A stretch of DNA of 64,000 bases from Acidobacteriota bacterium (GTDB lineage: Bacteria; Acidobacteriota; UBA890; WLXD01), in assembly GCA_963666215.2 (NCBI GenBank), contig CAXWPL010000001.1:544001-608000 (forward strand). The letters run 5' to 3'. Below, in pieces: positions 1-9,364 of this stretch. The position numbers and the translations under genes are program-made. Position 1 is the stretch's first letter. Each line of letters begins with the position of its first letter. Under the pieces are notes generated by a model that was not told the DNA's origin, searched no databases, and was given only the letters and a program-made list of their open reading frames with translations.

Positions 1-1
1 C

Positions 2-1249
2 GTCCTTCACGTCGTCGAGCCGCAAGATTATCCGGTGATCGGATTCCCCAAGGCCTGGACGGGCAGCACCGATGGCCCGTTGATCGCCGAGGCGACGATC
101 GCGCTGGCCGAGAACGACGCAGACTACGAGGAGCTGCGCGGCACGCTGGCTGGCAAGGTGGTGCTCGGCGCCGCCATGCCCACCATCGAAGCCAAGTGGG
201 AAGCACCAGCGCGCCGTTTCACCGCAGCGGATCTCGAGGAACGAGCCATGGCGGCCGAGCCGCGCAGCGGAGGCAACTTCGACCCATCGCGCTTTCGTGC
301 GGCTCGCGAGCGCCAGGAGCGACTGCGCGACTTCCTGCGCGAGGAAGGTGTTGTCGCGGTGCTCGAGCCTTCTGCTCGTGGTACGGGTGGAACGATCTTC
401 GTCAGCGGCGGCGGCTCGCGCGTGATCGGCGATGACTACGGTGTGCCGCAAATCGTTCTCACCGCCGAGCACTACGGGCGCATTTACCGGACTCTGGAGA
501 AGGGCGTCGCGGTGAAGATGGAGATCGACGTGCGCAGTACCTTCCACGAGGAAGACCCGACAGCGTTCAACGTGTTAGCCGAGCTACCCGGCACCGATCT
601 CGCGGACGAGATCGTGATGCTCGGCGCACACTTCGATTCTTGGCATGCGGGCACGGGCGCCACCGACAACGCCGCTGGCGCCGCCGCGATGATGGAGGCG
701 GTCCGCATCATCAAGCAGGCCGGGCTGCAGCCGCGACGGACCATCCGCGTGGGGCTGTGGACGGGAGAGGAGCGGGGTCTCCTGGGCTCCCGGGCTTATG
801 TGAAAGAGCACTTCGCGGATCCCGCAACGATGGAGCTGAAGCCGGCGCACGCCAAGATGGCGGCCTACTTCAATCTCGACAACGGAACCGGCGCCATCCG
901 CGGCGTTTACCTGCAGGGCAACGAGGCCGTGGCGCCGCTCTTCGAGTCGTGGATGAAGCCGTCCCACAACCTCGGCATGGAAACGCTATCGATCCGCAAC
1001 ACAGGTGGCACCGACCACCTGGCGTTCGACGCGGTCGGTTTGCCCGGCTTCCAGTTCATCCAGGATCCCATCGAGTACGGAAGTCGTAGCCACCACTCGA
1101 ACATGGACACCTTCGAGCGCATCCAGCCGGGCAATATGCAGAAGAACGCCGTGATCATCGCCGCGTTCGCCTACCACGCCGCGACGCGCGACGAGGCGTT
1201 GCCACGCAAGCCACTGCCGAAGCCGCGGCCGAGCGGCCGACCCTTCTGA
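2..1249 (+). CDS. M28 family metallopeptidase (carboxypeptidase Q-like), 5' end lies outside the window
   Basis: Frame is open from position 2. M28 zinc-ligand motifs GAHFDS, GATDNAAG, GEERGLLGS, NLD and HHSNMD are present, with a PA-like insert before them. Confidence 0.9.
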   Translation, partial: VLHVVEPQDYPVIGFPKAWTGSTDGPLIAEATIALAENDADYEELRGTLAGKVVLGAAMPTIEAKWEAPARRFTAADLEERAMAAEPRSGGNFDPSRFRAARERQERLRDFLREEGVVAVLEPSARGTGGTIFVSGGGSRVIGDDYGVPQIVLTAEHYGRIYRTLEKGVAVKMEIDVRSTFHEEDPTAFNVLAELPGTDLADEIVMLGAHFDSWHAGTGATDNAAGAAAMMEAVRIIKQAGLQPRRTIRVGLWTGEERGLLGSRAYVKEHFADPATMELKPAHAKMAAYFNLDNGTGAIRGVYLQGNEAVAPLFESWMKPSHNLGMETLSIRNTGGTDHLAFDAVGLPGFQFIQDPIEYGSRSHHSNMDTFERIQPGNMQKNAVIIAAFAYHAATRDEALPRKPLPKPRPSGRPF

Positions 1250-1282
1250 AGAGCCGGGTCTGTTCAACGAGCCCGGTTCTTC
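1248..1282. terminator. Hairpin between convergent genes, possible bidirectional terminator
   Basis: GAAGAGCCGGG...CCCGGTTCTTC inverted repeat (one G-U pair) directly after the M28 stop. There is no strong U-tract. Confidence 0.5.
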
Positions 1283-1327
1283 GGAAGCGGTCGACCACAA
1301 GCGCCAGCGCGGACTCTCCCTAGCAGC

Positions 1328-2266
1328 TCAGCGTGAGCTCTCGAGGAAGCGCAGGAACTCGCCGTCCGTCCCCAGCACGAGCGTCGTGTCCTGGCCCAGC
1401 GTTTCGCGATACACCTCCAGCGTCTTGATGAAGCGATAGAAGTCGACATCGGCGTTGTACGCAGCGGCATACACATCGGCGGCCGTAGCATCGGCCGTAC
1501 CTTTGATCTCCTGCGCTGAACGGTAGGCCTCCGACCGGATCGTCGCCAGCTCACGCTCCTTCTCACCGCTGATTCGGGCCGCCTCGCCGGCGCCCTCCGA
1601 GCGGAACTGCTCGGCAATGCGCTGGCGCTCCGAGATCATCCGGTTGTAGACCTCGCGCCGAACCTCCTCGACGTAGTTGATGCGCTTGAAGCGGAAGTCG
1701 AGGATCTCGATGCCCAAGTCGGTCGTGCGAGCCTGCGCCGCGGCCAGCACTTCGGCGGCGAGAGCGTCCCGACCAACCGACACGTTGATTGCCTCCCTCT
1801 CTCCCAACTCCGCCCCGAGCTCCTCGCTCTCGATGAAGGCGCGGTTGCTCGTGCGAACGACCTCGATCAGATCGTGCTTGGCGATCGTGTTGCGGGTTTC
1901 ACCATCGAGGATGTCGTCGAGCCGCGACTGCGCGCCGCGCTCATCGCGAAGCCGCTGGAAGAACAGCAGCGGATCCGTAATGCGCCAGCGCGAGTAGGCG
2001 TCGACATGGATGAAACGCTTGTCGCGGGTGGGCAGCTGATTGCTGTCGCCGTCCCACTCCATGAACCGCTTCTCGAAGAAATTCGCAGCCTGCACGATAG
2101 GCAACTTGAAGTGCAGACCGGCGTCGCTGATGGGCTCGCCCACAGGCTCGCCGAACTGCGTGATGATCACCTGTTGGGTTTCGTCGACGATGAAGACCGC
2201 GCCGCTCACGACAGAGAGGATGGCCAGAACGATCACCATGATGACGACCATGGATGCCTGTTTCAT
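1328..2266 (-). CDS. hflC: FtsH protease modulator HflC
   Basis: N-terminal TM, SPFH domain (FIVDETQQVIITQFGEP, GLHFKLP), RMISERQRIAEQFRSEG, FYRFIKTLEVY. Overlaps the hflK stop (ATGA). Confidence 0.95.
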   Translation of the reverse strand: MKQASMVVIMVIVLAILSVVSGAVFIVDETQQVIITQFGEPVGEPISDAGLHFKLPIVQAANFFEKRFMEWDGDSNQLPTRDKRFIHVDAYSRWRITDPLLFFQRLRDERGAQSRLDDILDGETRNTIAKHDLIEVVRTSNRAFIESEELGAELGEREAINVSVGRDALAAEVLAAAQARTTDLGIEILDFRFKRINYVEEVRREVYNRMISERQRIAEQFRSEGAGEAARISGEKERELATIRSEAYRSAQEIKGTADATAADVYAAAYNADVDFYRFIKTLEVYRETLGQDTTLVLGTDGEFLRFLESSR

Positions 2267-3321
2267 TGCTGGGCTCCCGAGTTGGGGTTGGTCAAGGATC
2301 GCAGCGCCTCGGCAGCCCCGCCGCCGCCCATGGGCAGAAGCGGCATGATGCCCTGGATGTCCTGGTCGATGATGATCTTCTGGCGCACCGACGGCAGCAG
2401 CTCGAGCATGGTCTCGAGATACAGCCGGCGGCGGGTTACCTCCGGCGCACGCCGGTAGGCCTCGTAGAGCGCGCGGAATCGAGCCGCGTCGCCCTCGGCA
2501 CGGTTCACCCGGTCGGCGGAATAACCCACGGCCTCCTGAATCGTCTGCAGTGCTTCACCACGCGCCCGCGGCACCACACGGTTGTACTCCGAGCGCGCCT
2601 CGTTGATCATCCGCTCGCGCTCCTGCTGGGCCTGGTTGACCTCGTTGAACGAGGCACGCACCGCCTCCGGCGGGGTGACGTCCTGCAGGACGATCTGCTC
2701 CACGTGAATGCCGGTCTCGTACTGGTCGCAGAGCTCCTGCAACCGGACCTCAACCTCGCTGGCGATTTCCTGACGCCCGACGGTTAGCACTTCACTGACG
2801 CTACGGTCGCCCACCACGGTCCGCATCACCGCCTCGTTCATGTCGCGGAACGTCTCGGTAACCTCGCGCACCTTGAACATGTAGAGGTAGGGATCGGCAA
2901 CGCGATACTGCGTGGTCCACTCCACAACACCGACGTTGAGATCGCCGGTCAACATGAGTGACTCCTCGGTGACGTCGCGGAACTCCGAGCGCCCCCCCCC
3001 CACCCCGGCCGATACCGTTCGATAGCCGAACTCCTGCTTGAGCTGGCGCTGAACCGGCACCTTCTGGACGGTCTGGAACGGGGGCGGCAGCTTGAAGTGC
3101 AGCCCCGGCTCGGTTATGTGGCTGAACGCACCCAAGGTCAGCACCACGCCGACCTCCTCGGGCGTAACCGTGTAGATCATCGTCCACGCGAGCACCGCGA
3201 CGATGATCAGAATCGGCACCAAGCCCGACGAAAGCCACGGGGGCATTCGCGGCGGCTTGAAGTTGCCGATCTTCAGATTCTCGAGATTCAGATCGCCGAA
3301 CGGGCGCGAATCCATATCCAC
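2263..3321 (-). CDS. hflK: FtsH protease modulator HflK
   Basis: TM plus SPFH domain, MLTGDLN, VVPRARGEA, APEVTRRRLYLETM. Lies upstream of hflC. Confidence 0.95.
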   Translation of the reverse strand: MDMDSRPFGDLNLENLKIGNFKPPRMPPWLSSGLVPILIIVAVLAWTMIYTVTPEEVGVVLTLGAFSHITEPGLHFKLPPPFQTVQKVPVQRQLKQEFGYRTVSAGVGGGRSEFRDVTEESLMLTGDLNVGVVEWTTQYRVADPYLYMFKVREVTETFRDMNEAVMRTVVGDRSVSEVLTVGRQEIASEVEVRLQELCDQYETGIHVEQIVLQDVTPPEAVRASFNEVNQAQQERERMINEARSEYNRVVPRARGEALQTIQEAVGYSADRVNRAEGDAARFRALYEAYRRAPEVTRRRLYLETMLELLPSVRQKIIIDQDIQGIMPLLPMGGGGAAEALRSLTNPNSGAQQ

Positions 3322-3569
3322 CTCCTGAGTTGAAGAGACGGGAGTCTCACGTTGCGCTTCACCCGTCTGGTCGCTGTCTCGCTGTCACGGTACCGCGAGC
3401 AAGCTCGCCGCGTAACGGGAAAGCAGGATCGGCGGCGGGTCGTCGCGACGCTCGTGATCCAGGAAACACTCCACGACCCTGCTGGGGCGGAAAATAGCGC
3501 TCCAGGAAGAACTTCTCGCTCCGGTCGCTGGCCCCCCGGCCCCAGTCCAGAGAGTCCCGCGCCGGCCGC

Positions 3570-3745
3570 CTACTTCCAGCGCAGCGCTTCCACCGGGGCC
3601 ACACGCGCCGCGCGGCGAGCCGGCAAGTAGCTGGCCAGCAGGACCGTGGCGGCAACGCACAGCGCCACCACACCGTAGGTCGGCACGTCGAGCGGGGCGA
3701 CCCCGAACAGCAACGCGGCCATCAATCGCGCAACGATGCCGGTGT
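3570..3745 (-). pseudogene. 3' fragment of an ADOP/FtsX-type ABC permease
   Basis: Only the typical C-terminus is present (LLFGVAPLD...LASYLPARRAARVAPVEALR). Upstream sequence switches to an opposite-strand hydrolase gene. Confidence 0.8.
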
Positions 3746-4946
3746 GATGGGCGGACACGTGCGCCGCGTCGACGAGGACCTCGACGGCGCACTTCGAGCG
3801 GCTGCCGTTGCCGAGCACGGTGACAATCCCGACGTCTTCGAAATGGTTGCTCGAGCCGAATTCAGCGACGACCGCTTCACCGATGAGGTGACGTACGCCG
3901 ACCTGGCGCCGCGGGCCTGGCGCCACGAAATCAGCGGTTCCGGCGTGCCCATGCTGGTACTGGTGAGCTGGCTCGATGCCGGCACGATTGAGGGCGCGTT
4001 GCTGCGAGCCCGGCACTTCGAGAACCCGCAGAAGATCGTCATCATGGCAACGAGCCATGGGGGTGGCGGCCACGCCAGCCCCTACGTTGTCTCGGGCGAC
4101 GCTGTCGCGCCCGCACCGAGCGTCGGCGAACAGTTTGCGCTACGCCGCGACTTCTTCGATCGGCATCTCAAGGGCGTCGACAACAACGTCGACGACTGGC
4201 CTCGCATCCGTTACTACAACCTTGGCGAAGAGGCGTTCCGCGAAACCGAGCGCTGGCCGCCCGGCGGCGTATCGAGCATGACCTGGTTCCTGGGCACCGA
4301 CAACAGTCTCAGCCCCGAGCCGCAAACGGCCGTGGGCTCTGACGCATATGCCGTCGACTTCGACGTCTCGACCGGTGCCAACAATCGCTGGCGCACACAG
4401 ATGGGACAACCAGTCCTCAACCTCGACGACCGCGGCGCGATGGACGCGCGGATGCTGACGTACACCAGCGCGCCGCTTGACGCTGCTCTGCAGATCACGG
4501 GGACCCCGACAATCACGCTGCATGTCGCCTCCGATCACGAAGACGGCGCGCTGCTGGCCTATCTGGAAGACGTCGACCCGGCGGGGCGCAGCCGCTACAT
4601 CACGGAAGGCGGCGTGCGACTCATTCACCGCCGACTGTCAACCGACCCCGACTTCCCCGTCGACGAGCCTGGCCTCGGCAACAGCACCATTACGGCGGCC
4701 CTTCCCTACCGTTCGTATGCTCGTGCGGACTCGGCCCCGATGGTGGCAGGGCGGGTCGAAGAGGTCACGATCAGCCTCTGGGCGACCTCGGTACGCATAC
4801 AACCAGGGCATCGGCTGCGCCTGGCCATCGCCGGCGCCGACAGCGGCACCCTGGAGCGCGCTCCAACTATTGGCAACCCGACGATTCGCGTCTTTTGGGG
4901 TGTTGCCCAGCCCTCTACACTGACGATCCCCATGCAGGCTCCATAG
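3744..4946 (+). pseudogene. C-terminal half of a CocE/NonD (PepX_C) family hydrolase; N-terminal catalytic-Ser region is missing
   Basis: SWLDAGT, LTYTSAPL..LQITGTP and GHRLRLAIAGAD motifs are present. No GxSY nucleophile motif or signal peptide. Confidence 0.8.
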
Positions 4947-4976
4947 GGGACCGACCGCTCGCCACACTCTCGCCAC

Positions 4977-5489
4977 ATGCAGCGAATGCTTTCTACCTTC
5001 CGCCACTCCATTCAGGTCGGCCTGTCGTTCGGGCTGATGTCAGGCGCGATCACGACGCTGGGATTGATCGTCGGGCTCGCGGCCGGCACGCAATCGCGAC
5101 TGGCGGTGATTGGCGGCATCGTGACGATCGCGATCGCCGACGCTCTCTCCGACGCCCTCGGAATTCACGTGGCAGAGGAAGCCGAAAACGTACACTCCGA
5201 ACGCGAGATCTGGGCCGCCACCGGGGCAACGTTCGTCGCCAAGTTGATCGTGGCGAGCTCCTTCCTGATCCCAGTGCTGCTGTTCGACCTGGTAACTGCT
5301 GTAGCGGTGTCGGTGGCCTGGGGCATTACGGTCGTGACGCTGTTGAGCTTCCAGATCGCTCGCACGCAGGGTGCGAAGTGGCTGCCGGTGGTGGCCGAGC
5401 ACGTCGTCGTTGCAGCTCTCGTTGTAGCGGTCACCCACGTGCTGGGAACGCTCGTGGCCGCAACGTTCGGCAACGGCACCGCATCGTAG
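4977..5489 (+). CDS. VIT1/CCC1-like membrane protein (short form)
   Basis: FGLMSGAITTLGLIVG and IAIADALSDALGIHVAEE motifs; about 5 TM segments. Confidence 0.75.
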   Translation: MQRMLSTFRHSIQVGLSFGLMSGAITTLGLIVGLAAGTQSRLAVIGGIVTIAIADALSDALGIHVAEEAENVHSEREIWAATGATFVAKLIVASSFLIPVLLFDLVTAVAVSVAWGITVVTLLSFQIARTQGAKWLPVVAEHVVVAALVVAVTHVLGTLVAATFGNGTAS

Positions 5490-5545
5490 GCGCGCCCGAG
5501 GTTCAGACCGCTCCTCGGCAGGTGGGGCTGGGGCAGCGAACCCGG

Positions 5546-6298
5546 CTAGCTTCCGGAGCCGGCCTCGATGCGAGTGTAGTAGCCGTCGAACCAAACAGCC
5601 CAGGTCTCGCCACCGTCAAGCGACTCCTCGATGAACTGGCGCACGCGTCCGTCGTCGAGCGGCGTGTACGTCTCCTTGAACGCACGCACCTCGCCAGTCG
5701 GCAGGATGTGCCTGCCGGTGAAGGCCATCGATCCGTCGACGAGATCGCCTTCGATCGGAATCAGGTTGCCGCCGCCATCAATCCAGAGCTGACGCCACTT
5801 GTTGGTGCTCGGGTCGAAGTAGTTGAAGCTCTTGCCTTCGCCGCCTTGTGCGCTCGTCCATTGCTCGAAGACGGTGCAACCATTGAGTGCCTTGGTGATG
5901 CTGTTATGGCCCGCGAGTTGCCCCCTGGGGCCATGCACCTCCCACTCGCCGACCCAAAAATCGAAGTGCGTGTAGCGCTCGTCGTTCAGGCAAGGCTGCG
6001 GGTTCTGCGGCATCTCCGCACGAGCCGGGGCGAGGTGATCGCCGCCACGCAGAGGCCCGGGGCTGTGGGTGGGGTTGGAGCCCACGAGGCTGCCGGCGAA
6101 CCCCCGATCCGCCAACCGCTGCAGGCGGACGGAAACGTTGTCCGCGCTGGCCGCAGACTCTTGTGCCACAGCCAGGCCTGACTGACTCACAATAAGCGCG
6201 GACGCGATGACGGTTGCGACGCCTGCCAGTCGGGCCACGCGCGCGCCCGACGCCGAGGTGCAGACGAGACGCGTGGCGTGAATTTTCTCGTGGGTCAT
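5546..6298 (-). CDS. Secreted hypothetical protein (DUF1579-like beta-barrel)
   Basis: Signal-like segment (LAVAQ), FDFWVGEWEV, WRQLWID and SLDGGETW motifs. Confidence 0.65.
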   Translation of the reverse strand: MTHEKIHATRLVCTSASGARVARLAGVATVIASALIVSQSGLAVAQESAASADNVSVRLQRLADRGFAGSLVGSNPTHSPGPLRGGDHLAPARAEMPQNPQPCLNDERYTHFDFWVGEWEVHGPRGQLAGHNSITKALNGCTVFEQWTSAQGGEGKSFNYFDPSTNKWRQLWIDGGGNLIPIEGDLVDGSMAFTGRHILPTGEVRAFKETYTPLDDGRVRQFIEESLDGGETWAVWFDGYYTRIEAGSGS

Positions 6299-6545
6299 GA
6301 TTCAGCTCCGGGAATCGGCTGGCTCCGATGGCCGGCTAGAAATGGCTCGGTTCACCACACTGCCATCCAAGCCCGCCGCGAGCCCGGCCGCCAGTATCTC
6401 GAGATCTTTGTCGGAGGATTTCTGGCAGGCCGAGCGCGTCGTTGAGCGGCTCGGGGTTGGCGTTTACCATGAGCGCGCGACTGACCACGTCGCTACCGAC
6501 GCCTGAGCTCGACGGGCTCGAACACCGCGAGGAGCACGCAACAGA

Positions 6546-7091
6546 ATGGCGATACTCGATTGGCTGCGCGGCAAGGGGAACGGCCCTGACGATCCCGAGT
6601 CCGCAGCGATACGCGAGTCGGAAGTGGCCACGGTACGCAAGATCGCCCGCGAGCTCGATGCGATCGACAAGATCGATTCGGGCACAGCTCGCTATATCGC
6701 GTGCTTCGCATACATCCTCGGCCGCGTCGCACACGCCGACCTCGACATCAGCGAGGAAGAAACGATGGCGATGGAGCACCTGGTGGCCGAGCGTGCCGGG
6801 CTGCCCGAAACTCACGCGGTGCTCGTGGTGCAAATGGCAAAAACGCACAACCAGCTGTTTGGCGGCACCGAGAACTACCTGGTAACCCGCGAGTTCGACG
6901 AGATCGCCACCCGCGACGACAAGCTGGCGCTGCTCGATTGCCTGTACGCCGTTTCGGCCGCCGACGAATCAATTTCCGCGATCGAGGACGCCGAGATCCG
7001 CAAGATCGCCAGCGAGCTCAAACTTTCGCATCGCGACTTCATCACCACGAGAATGGGCTATACGGAGCACCTCTCCGTTCTGAAAGACTAG
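6546..7091 (+). CDS. TerB/DjlA-like domain protein
   Basis: RVAHADLDISEEE and AVSAADESISAIEDAEIRKIA form the repeated AD..I...E TerB motifs. Confidence 0.8.
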   Translation: MAILDWLRGKGNGPDDPESAAIRESEVATVRKIARELDAIDKIDSGTARYIACFAYILGRVAHADLDISEEETMAMEHLVAERAGLPETHAVLVVQMAKTHNQLFGGTENYLVTREFDEIATRDDKLALLDCLYAVSAADESISAIEDAEIRKIASELKLSHRDFITTRMGYTEHLSVLKD

Positions 7092-7098
7092 CGAGTCC

Positions 7099-8886
7099 AT
7101 GCAGCTCGCCACGCTCGACTGGCTGATCGTCTTCGGCTTCCTGGCAGTGTCGCTGGCAATCGGTCTCTTTGTATCGAACCGAGCCGGATCGAGCTCGACC
7201 GAGTTCTTCCTCTCGGGGCGCGGCATGCCGTGGTGGCTGCTCGGCGTGTCGATGGTGGCAACCACCTTCTCGACCGACACCCCGAACCTCGTGGCCGACA
7301 TCGTCCGCACCAACGGCGTGTCGGGCAACTGGGTGTGGTGGGCCATGCTGCTCACCGGAATGCTCACGACGTTCGTCTACGCCAGGCTGTGGCGCCGCTC
7401 GGGCGTGACCACCGACATCGAGTTCTACGAGCTGAGGTACTCGGGACGATCTGCCGCCTTCTTGCGTGGTTTCCGCGCGCTCTACCTGGGCGTCTTCTTC
7501 AACGTGATGATCATGGCCTCGGTGACCCTGGCGGCCATCAAGATCGGCGGCGTCATGCTCGGCCTCGACCCGCTGCCGACCGTACTCATCGCCGGCACCG
7601 TGACCCTGGCGTACTCGATGCTCGGAGGGCTCACAGGGGTCATCCTGACCGACTTCCTGCAGTTCGGTCTGGCAATGATCGGCTCCGTGGCAGCGGCGGT
7701 GTATGCCGTCGGCCGCCCCGAGGTCGGTGGGCTATCGGCCCTGCTGTCGAGCCCGGAGCTGCAGGGGAAGCTGTCGATCCTCCCCGATTTCTCCGACGGC
7801 ACCCACGCCTGGGCGGTGTTCGTGATTCCACTGACGGTGCAGTGGTGGTCGGTCTGGTACCCGGGAGCCGAGCCGGGCGGCGGCGGCTACATCGCTCAGC
7901 GCATGCTGGCCGCCAAGAACGAGTCACACGCCCAAGGCGCGACGCTGCTCTTCAACGTTGCCCACTACGCCCTGCGACCTTGGCCATGGATCATCGTGGC
8001 GCTGTCGTCGATTCTCGTCTTCCCCGACCTCGAGTCGCTACGCGCCGCGTTCCCGCTGGTGGATCCTTCAGTCGTCCAGAACGACCTGGCCTACCCGGCC
8101 ATGCTGACGTTTCTGCCCACCGGATTGCTGGGATTGGTCGTCGCCTCGCTCGTGGCGGCCTACATGTCGACGATCTCGACGCACCTCAACTGGGGCGCCT
8201 CCTACATCGTCAACGACACGTACAAGCGATTCGTGAAGCCCGAAGCCAGCGAGGCCGAGCTGGTGCGCGTGGGGCGCCTTTCGACCGCCGCGCTCATGAT
8301 CCTGGCGGGCGCGGTTTCGCTGGTGCTGAGCAACGCCCTGCAGGCATTCCAGATTCTGCTGCAGATCGGCGCCGGCACCGGACTGCTATTCATCCTTCGC
8401 TGGTTCTGGTGGCGCATCAACGCCGCCAGCGAGATCGTCGCGATGGTGGTGTCGTTCGCCGTCGCGGTCTACTTCCAGTTTGTCCACGCCAGCCTCGGCG
8501 GAGCACCTCTCGAAGCGACGACGCAGCTGATTATCGGCGTGGCGATCACGACCGTAGCCTGGGTGTCTGTGGCGCTCTTCGCGGCCCCCACCGACGACGA
8601 GACTCTGCGCAGCTTCTACCGCGCAATCCGCCCCGGCGGACCGGGCTGGGCTGCTGTTGTCGCCAAGGCCGCACAGGCCGATACCCAGCTCGAAGTCGGG
8701 TCCAACACGGCCGCCGCTAGCGCACCCACCGCGCTGCTGTGCGTGGTCCTCGGGTCGCTGGCCGTGTACGCCACTCTCTTCGGCACGGGCTACGCGCTGT
8801 ATGGCAACACCGGGCTCGCGCTGGGCTTGTTTGCGGTGGCGGCAGCCGCGACCTCTATGATCCATCGGTTATGGCGGGCGCTTTGA
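7099..8886 (+). CDS. Sodium:solute symporter (SSS) family protein
   Basis: FFLSGRGMPWW, SMVATTFSTD, GGLTGVILTD and QRMLAAK motifs; about 14 TM segments. Confidence 0.93.
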   Translation: MQLATLDWLIVFGFLAVSLAIGLFVSNRAGSSSTEFFLSGRGMPWWLLGVSMVATTFSTDTPNLVADIVRTNGVSGNWVWWAMLLTGMLTTFVYARLWRRSGVTTDIEFYELRYSGRSAAFLRGFRALYLGVFFNVMIMASVTLAAIKIGGVMLGLDPLPTVLIAGTVTLAYSMLGGLTGVILTDFLQFGLAMIGSVAAAVYAVGRPEVGGLSALLSSPELQGKLSILPDFSDGTHAWAVFVIPLTVQWWSVWYPGAEPGGGGYIAQRMLAAKNESHAQGATLLFNVAHYALRPWPWIIVALSSILVFPDLESLRAAFPLVDPSVVQNDLAYPAMLTFLPTGLLGLVVASLVAAYMSTISTHLNWGASYIVNDTYKRFVKPEASEAELVRVGRLSTAALMILAGAVSLVLSNALQAFQILLQIGAGTGLLFILRWFWWRINAASEIVAMVVSFAVAVYFQFVHASLGGAPLEATTQLIIGVAITTVAWVSVALFAAPTDDETLRSFYRAIRPGGPGWAAVVAKAAQADTQLEVGSNTAAASAPTALLCVVLGSLAVYATLFGTGYALYGNTGLALGLFAVAAAATSMIHRLWRAL

Positions 8887-8938
8887 ATTGGGCGACGTTG
8901 AGTTAGGTCGTGTTGCTCGGCAGCGGGAGGGGAAGCGC

Positions 8939-9262
8939 GTGAAGGAATTCGATCGCATTGGCGACGAGCTCGAGCGTCGATGGCGGGCGCTTAACTACGA
9001 CGCTGGGGTGTTTCCCGAGCTGGCCGTGAATGTGCTCGAGCAGAACGCTCCCGCCGAGCACGTTGATCCTTGGGACGTGATCCGCTGGCTGTTCACCACG
9101 CCGAGCATCCCGCGTCAATTCGACGTGCCGGGCAACTTCGGCCAGCCGCCGATCACCGTCTACGACGGCCCTCGCTTCTGCATCGACGTCTACTACTCTA
9201 CTCAGCGGCGGCGTGTCCTATGCGGATGTAGCTTCGGGCCCGTCTCGAGCGAACGCTTTTGA
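8939..9262 (+). pseudogene. 5' fragment of a conserved hypothetical (probably cupin-fold) protein, broken at about 9197
   Basis: GTG start after GGGAGG. Protein-like up to FGQPPITVYDGPRFCIDVYY, then unrelated sequence. Family assignment is from recollection only. Confidence 0.5.
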
Positions 9263-9364
9263 GTGACGACGCCCGCTTTCCGCCGCCTTTGAACGGACGG
9301 GAGGCGAGCAACGTCTCCCGAACAACCTCCGATGTCCGGCTACGAACGACCCGCCGCGTCTGAG

